Shown here piece by piece: positions 59,266-64,000 of a DNA stretch of 64,000 nt; within the stretch, counting starts at the first letter, position 1; every line of letters starts with the position of its first letter. The notes beneath the pieces are model-generated. The model saw nothing but the letters and a program-made list of their open reading frames with translations. It was not told the DNA's origin and did not search any database. Location of the stretch: the NCBI RefSeq assembly GCF_003918875.1, contig NW_025766968.1, forward strand, positions 7,626,001 to 7,690,000, written 5' to 3'. Position numbers and translations under genes: made by a program. This DNA comes from Haliotis rubra. Taxonomy: Eukaryota.

Positions 59266-60088
59266 TGTGTATGTGTGAAGGGGAGGAAGGTGTATTTATG
59301 TGAGATATCTATTGATGTAGATATGTGGATAATTACATAGATCAAGATAGGTAGGTAGGTAGGTAGGTAGATAGATAGGTATTATAATTCTTTGAAATTC
59401 ACAATCATTACATGTGCGTAAATATCTCACTTACCTCGTCATCATCGGCGGCATCTTCCACATCCATCTGTTTTAAATCTTCCACGAAATATTTGAGCAT
59501 CCCAGCTTTGCTCACCTTTTCAGCAAAACTGAGACTACCATCCGTATTGCTCCACACAATCATTCGTATCATGGATAACTTTTGAGCAACAAGAACCTGC
59601 CCCTTGTCCTCAAAGTTCATCTTAATAAGCGACATACATGTAAACCCAAGTGATTTCAGCAGAGTGTCAAATGCTGCATTCAGCACTTCAGCAGCGTCAG
59701 ATACCACTAAGTATTCACCGAGCTTACGACGGTCCGTATCAGCGTAGTCCACGAAGCCCATAGATCTGCAGTTGTAGATCTTTGAATAGTTCCCAGTCTT
59801 AGTGAAAGCATCAGCTTTAAGTTCTTGAATAAGAGTGTCGATTTCGTCAAATTCCGAATTTAAATGTGAAGCATCTTCCCGCAGTTTCTTCATTTCAGCC
59901 TCCGTATCCACGCCAGACTTAGGTACAGAGTTTACTGCTGGTTTCTGAGTGATATCAGTTCCTCCTCGATCAGACTGTGTTTTAGATAGGTTATTCACCG
60001 GTTGATTACGAGTATCGCCTGGGCTAGAATTTGCTGCATCAGCAGTTTGACGAGGAGGATGCCTCTGCATGCCGCTTGTACTGCCCAT
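54116..60088 (-). CDS. Paralog D: ARM-repeat / TIR / SAM-like protein, 661 aa, inverted near-copy of C (right arm of palindrome)
   Basis: Exons in transcript order 60088-59435, 58741-58609, 57731-57391, 56967-56850, 56305-56214, 56038-55879, 55768-55560, 55223-55102, 54879-54816, 54208-54116 (TGA); 1986 nt open. All splice sites mirror C. Starts MGSTSG. About 23 aa substitutions plus 2 indels versus C. Confidence 0.9.
59213..59276. repeat. Compound (GT)n(GCGT)n microsatellite; (GGTA)n follows at ~59348-59380
   Basis: Directly visible; absent from intron 1 of C. Confidence 0.9.
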
Positions 60089-60591
60089 CTGATTATCTGA
60101 AACAATAAGGAATCTGTAGTGCGAATTGAACGTCCTATATTTGGTTAAACATGTAACGAATGGTGGTAGCTTAGGCAAAGGTTCTATTCCTTCCTTATTT
60201 GGTTATACTGGGTGGTGGTAGCCAAGTTGTTATAGACAAGGGCTCAGCAAATGTGGATATATGTTTCTTGGAATCTTCGAACATCAGTTGTCTTCTGGTT
60301 GATGCTGAGAGAAAAAAAAGAGGGTCAGTGAATATGATGTCATGCGAATATATTCAAACAAATCCAAGGCTGGGAACACAAGTAAAACTTCAGAATCGTG
60401 GCCTTCAGGGTAACGAGAGACTACTGTAACCACACGGTCACCCCACCAGAGAAAAGAAACTAGACCACGAAATCAGAGTGAGGCCCATGTTGTACAAACT
60501 ATAAGGGGTTTAAGGCGTTGTAAATTTCACTGTGCAGAGTTGGACATGCCAGAAATCTTTGCTCTTTGGTAGTAAGATCATGCTGGGTCCG

Positions 60592-60845
60592 ACCCGTGAA
60601 GGTCCGGGTTAGAATATTGATCTTTAGTTACCCATGCTTGTTGAAAGAGGCGACTAACGGGATCGGGTGGTCACGCTCGCTGACTTGGTTCACACATGTC
60701 ATCGGTTCCGAGTTGCGCAGATTGATGCTCATGTTGTTGATCACTGGATTGTCTGGTCCAGACTCGATTATTTACACCCCGCCGCCATATGGCTGGGATA
60801 TTGCTGAGTGCGACGTGAAACTAAACTCACTCACTCACTCACTCT
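60592..60845 (+). mobile_element. Family-2 short retroposon, full length
   Basis: 11-bp TSD TGCTGGGTCCG at 60581 and 60846; (ACTC)n tail. Confidence 0.9.
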
Positions 60846-62242
60846 TGCTGGGTCCGCACCCTACCAGTGTGGTTCAGCACGTTATGTCAGTTCACTTATA
60901 CGTGAACATTCACAGTGTAAAAGCCAATCTGTAGAAAAGTCGAAACTTCCGTTTGTACAATCCGCTTGTTTTAGATGCAAAATATGTGTACTCGAATTGG
61001 TAATTCTAGTTGTCAAATACATGTATACGACTCACCAATTATGTTTTCAAGGGTACCTCCATCTACAATTGGAAACAATGGCCAGGGATTAGTGTCAATT
61101 TTGCGTAAACATCGTTTTCTAAAAATATGTAATTTAAACTAAATATATCGCGGGTAAAGTTAAAGACATGAGCAAAAGTCAAAGTGGCATAGTCAAATAT
61201 ATTTATAAAATGAAATAAACGTTTTAAAACTGATAGAAAACAATTTTACAAGAAACTAAATTCAACCAGTTTCACTAATGAGAATAAAAATCCCATCATG
61301 GATTCCAGTGAATGGTTTTGGAAGCACTTGTGATCAATTACATATCAGAAATCTTTCAACACTGAAGATTTACGTCGCAGTAGATATTGATCTTTTGGCG
61401 GTGAGTATATATACGGCAGCTCCAACCTCGATGAGCCAAGAGTAGATGATAATGTTCACCCAAAAAGGTCGCTTTGTGTGTGTTTCTTTGCACAAGACTA
61501 CGGCACTCAGGCCTTGCGGTATTCAAAACTTTTATTCAAAACTGTTCCCTTGTATATTCACATTAACTTATGACTATCTTAGCGCTAAGACAGCTTTAGA
61601 AATGTAGGCCCAGGACTTCAGCCCAGACCCCCTACACCGCTTACATGGATGACCAGTCACTGATTGCCAAGGGAAATTCCGCAATACAAATAATCACTCG
61701 ACAAATGCAGCATTCTTCAACTGTAACCTGGACCATTTCCCTATGAAGGTCACTTTCTGATTCCGGGCGGCGAATACGCATTTTTTTAAACAAAATCGCT
61801 CGACAAATTTGGAATGCGGAATATTTCAAAATGTCCCGCAAGGATTTACTGCGTCACAAACATGTGCACTATAAACTGGGTACAATGTGTCTTGTAAAAC
61901 CGAGGCGACGCCCGATAATTTACAAGCGGGGTAACTGCTGTCGAACTTGTGAAGAGGACGGGGGTTGGGGGTGCATATGGGTGAGGAGACACCTGATAAG
62001 AAACACTACGATAGAACGCTACGATAGAAAGAAATCACTTAACGTCCAACAACGCAGGTAAACGTTTAGATGCATAAAAATGTTTCTTTTGATTGTCACG
62101 GTTCTATTTAGCATATCAACAAATTAAGACAACATATGCATTAGAACATAGCTTAAGAGTCCAGTTAAATACGACTTGGTGTAATACATAATAGTAACAG
62201 GGGCTCCTTCAGATTATCTTGGGTCTACGCGTCCCTGTTACG

Positions 62243-62440
62243 ACGTAAATTGTAATAAAAACGCAAATTGTAATACTTGCAGCAAATTGTAATAAACTTG
62301 ACGTAAATTGTAATAAAAACGTAAATTGTAATAAAAATCGACGTAAATTGTAATACGCAAATTGTAATAAAAATTGACGTAAATTGTAATAATTTTCGTT
62401 GCGGTAAAATGTAATAAATTTTTACGTAAATTGTAATAAC
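62243..62440. repeat. ACGTAAATTGTAATAA tandem array, ~9 copies
   Basis: 16-21-bp units directly visible. Confidence 0.9.
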
Positions 62441-62489
62441 AGTTTTAATCACTCGTAAATACGCGGGTGTTATTTCATACATCAAATAA

Positions 62490-63840
62490 GCTTGTTAGGG
62501 CGATAACTCAAGAAAGAAATGATAGATTTTGTTCAAATTTGGTACCAAGGTATATTGGCGAGATTCACCGACACAAGTGAAATGGAGTAACCTTGAGATA
62601 ATTTTCAAGGTCACAGCAAAAATCTGAGGGTTTTGCCAATATAAAGATTGTCAGCGCGATAACCCAAGAATGAATTGACAAATCTTAGTCAAATGACGAA
62701 AATGATATTCGTCCTGATATATAATCGATATAAACCGTCCTTTGTATCATGTCTTTTCGCAAATATCTTGTGAGGTTTTGATATGTATACATATAAAGTG
62801 GGGGTGGGGTAGGGGTGGGTTTCTAACGGGATATCTAACACACTTGCATGCATGTAGAGTCGGAGAGGTGGGTGGGTGTTCTAACGGGTATAACTACGAG
62901 GGACGTTCAAATAGTAGTCAGCCTCACCTAGAATATGATTCAAATGCAGCTGTTTTTATGTTTTATTTTTCTACATATTATCTGTCAGCCTCAAGCAAAT
63001 TGGTTTTGCTATGTTGCAGCCGCGCGATCCCCATTTTGTGAGACTGATTATCTTGGCTTGGTACTCCCAAAAAACGTAAAATCTGCAATAAAATGCATCA
63101 CAAACTTCAGGAAACAAAATATGCTATGTTTGAGATTGGTAGGGGTCGGCTAGAATCAAACCTAGATATTAAACTGCACAAAAAAGCAATTTCAAAACTA
63201 CAATCACTTGTTCAAATGAATCCCCATTCGGTTTACTGAAAGAACTCGAGAAAGAAATGATGGATTTTGTTCAAATTTGGTACCAAGGTTTATTGACTGG
63301 AGATTGGAGATTTACCGACACCACTTGAATTTAGTGACCTTGAGGTCATTTTAAAGGTCACAGCGAAGTAACAGTTTTGCACATGCCAAGCTTGGTAGCC
63401 GCGAACTCAGGAAAGTATTAATAGATTTTGATCCAATTGTATATCAAGGTGCATTGGCGGGATTCCCCCAACACCAATTGATTGGAAAACTTGTGCTCAT
63501 TCTAAGTTCACAGTGAAAAGTGTTTTGCACATGTCTAACTTTTTAGTGCGAAAATACAAGACAGAATTAATATGTTTTGCTTAAAGATGCGTTGGGAGTA
63601 TCGTCTAACGGCAGTCGAATTCAGGGACCTTCGGATTATTTTCAAGGTCACAGCGAGTATTCTTGCGATATCTCCAAACCTAGTGGATGGAATTTGTTCG
63701 CATTTTGTATCAAGGCATCAGATGACAGTTTCGGTAACGTTTACATAATTTTCAGGGTCACACAGAGGATAATTGCGACATTCAGATATCGACATGTGGC
63801 GGGGGTAATAGCTATGTTTGTGACAAACGCTTTGTCATAA
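62490..63840. repeat. Degenerate ~150-bp satellite-like repeats
   Basis: Recurring TTCAAATTTGGTACCAAGG and TTTTCAAGGTCACAG motifs (~62532, 62603, 63270, 63350, 63640, 63750). Confidence 0.55.
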
Positions 63841-64000
63841 CTAATTTTCAAATTTTTGTTAGCATATGGTTTCTATAATTTCATGTCAATTCTACCAACT
63901 GTGAAATTATTCGTGACACGTCTTAAATAAGCCAGAGATTATTTGTGTATGTTTCGAAAATTAAAGTTAATTGTTTTTCATTATGGAGTTATTTTCGATG

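Larger units (their letters stand above)
45208..60227. repeat. ~15-kb inverted duplication (palindrome), arms ~7.5 kb, 1-nt spacer at 52754
   Basis: Centre reads ...CATTTGTAACCG-G-CGGTTACAAATG. Arms are reverse complements through 3' flank, exons and most introns of C and D. Similarity is continuous to ~45349/60150 and weaker to ~45208/60227; the 5' part of intron 1 does not align. Confidence 0.95.

Noticed and set aside
10572-60088. Calling these genes SARM1, MyD88 or TLR
   Set aside because: Domain order is ARM-TIR-SAM with one SAM; there is no death domain, LRR or transmembrane helix; the TIR motif differs from SARM1. No symbol assigned.
54116-60088. Gene D as a pseudogene
   Set aside because: All ten exons, splice sites and the reading frame are intact.
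60089-60178. N-terminal extension of gene D in the ORF track (MPKLPP...)
   Set aside because: Non-ATG start upstream of a splice acceptor; homology with C and the MG motif place the start at 60088.

Overview
Eukaryotic, intron-rich, AT-rich genomic DNA. The repeat landscape (tRNA-Asp-like SINEs, a V-SINE-like element, MITEs, a CR1-like fragment) suggests a mollusc, possibly abalone; this is inference. The window is dominated by four intact paralogous genes, each with 10 coding exons that I reconstructed by hand from splice sites: A 10572-18620 (+, 703 aa), B 25958-40348 (+, 655 aa), C 45411-51384 (+, 667 aa) and D 60088-54116 (-, 661 aa). Each encodes an N-terminal MGxxxS/G myristoylation-like motif, a variable helical region, armadillo-like repeats, a TIR domain that keeps the NADase-type catalytic Glu (S-x-x-C-x-x-E) and a C-terminal SAM-like domain. 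This is the SARM1 parts list in permuted order (ARM-TIR-SAM). C and D are the convergent arms of a ~15-kb palindrome with a 1-nt loop at 52754. The TIR core is homogenised at nucleotide level between otherwise distant paralogs, while the N-terminal region diversifies, which is the pattern expected of an innate-immune receptor array. The rest is interspersed and tandem repeats, one 127-nt N gap, and possibly the 5' exons of a divergent neighbouring gene.
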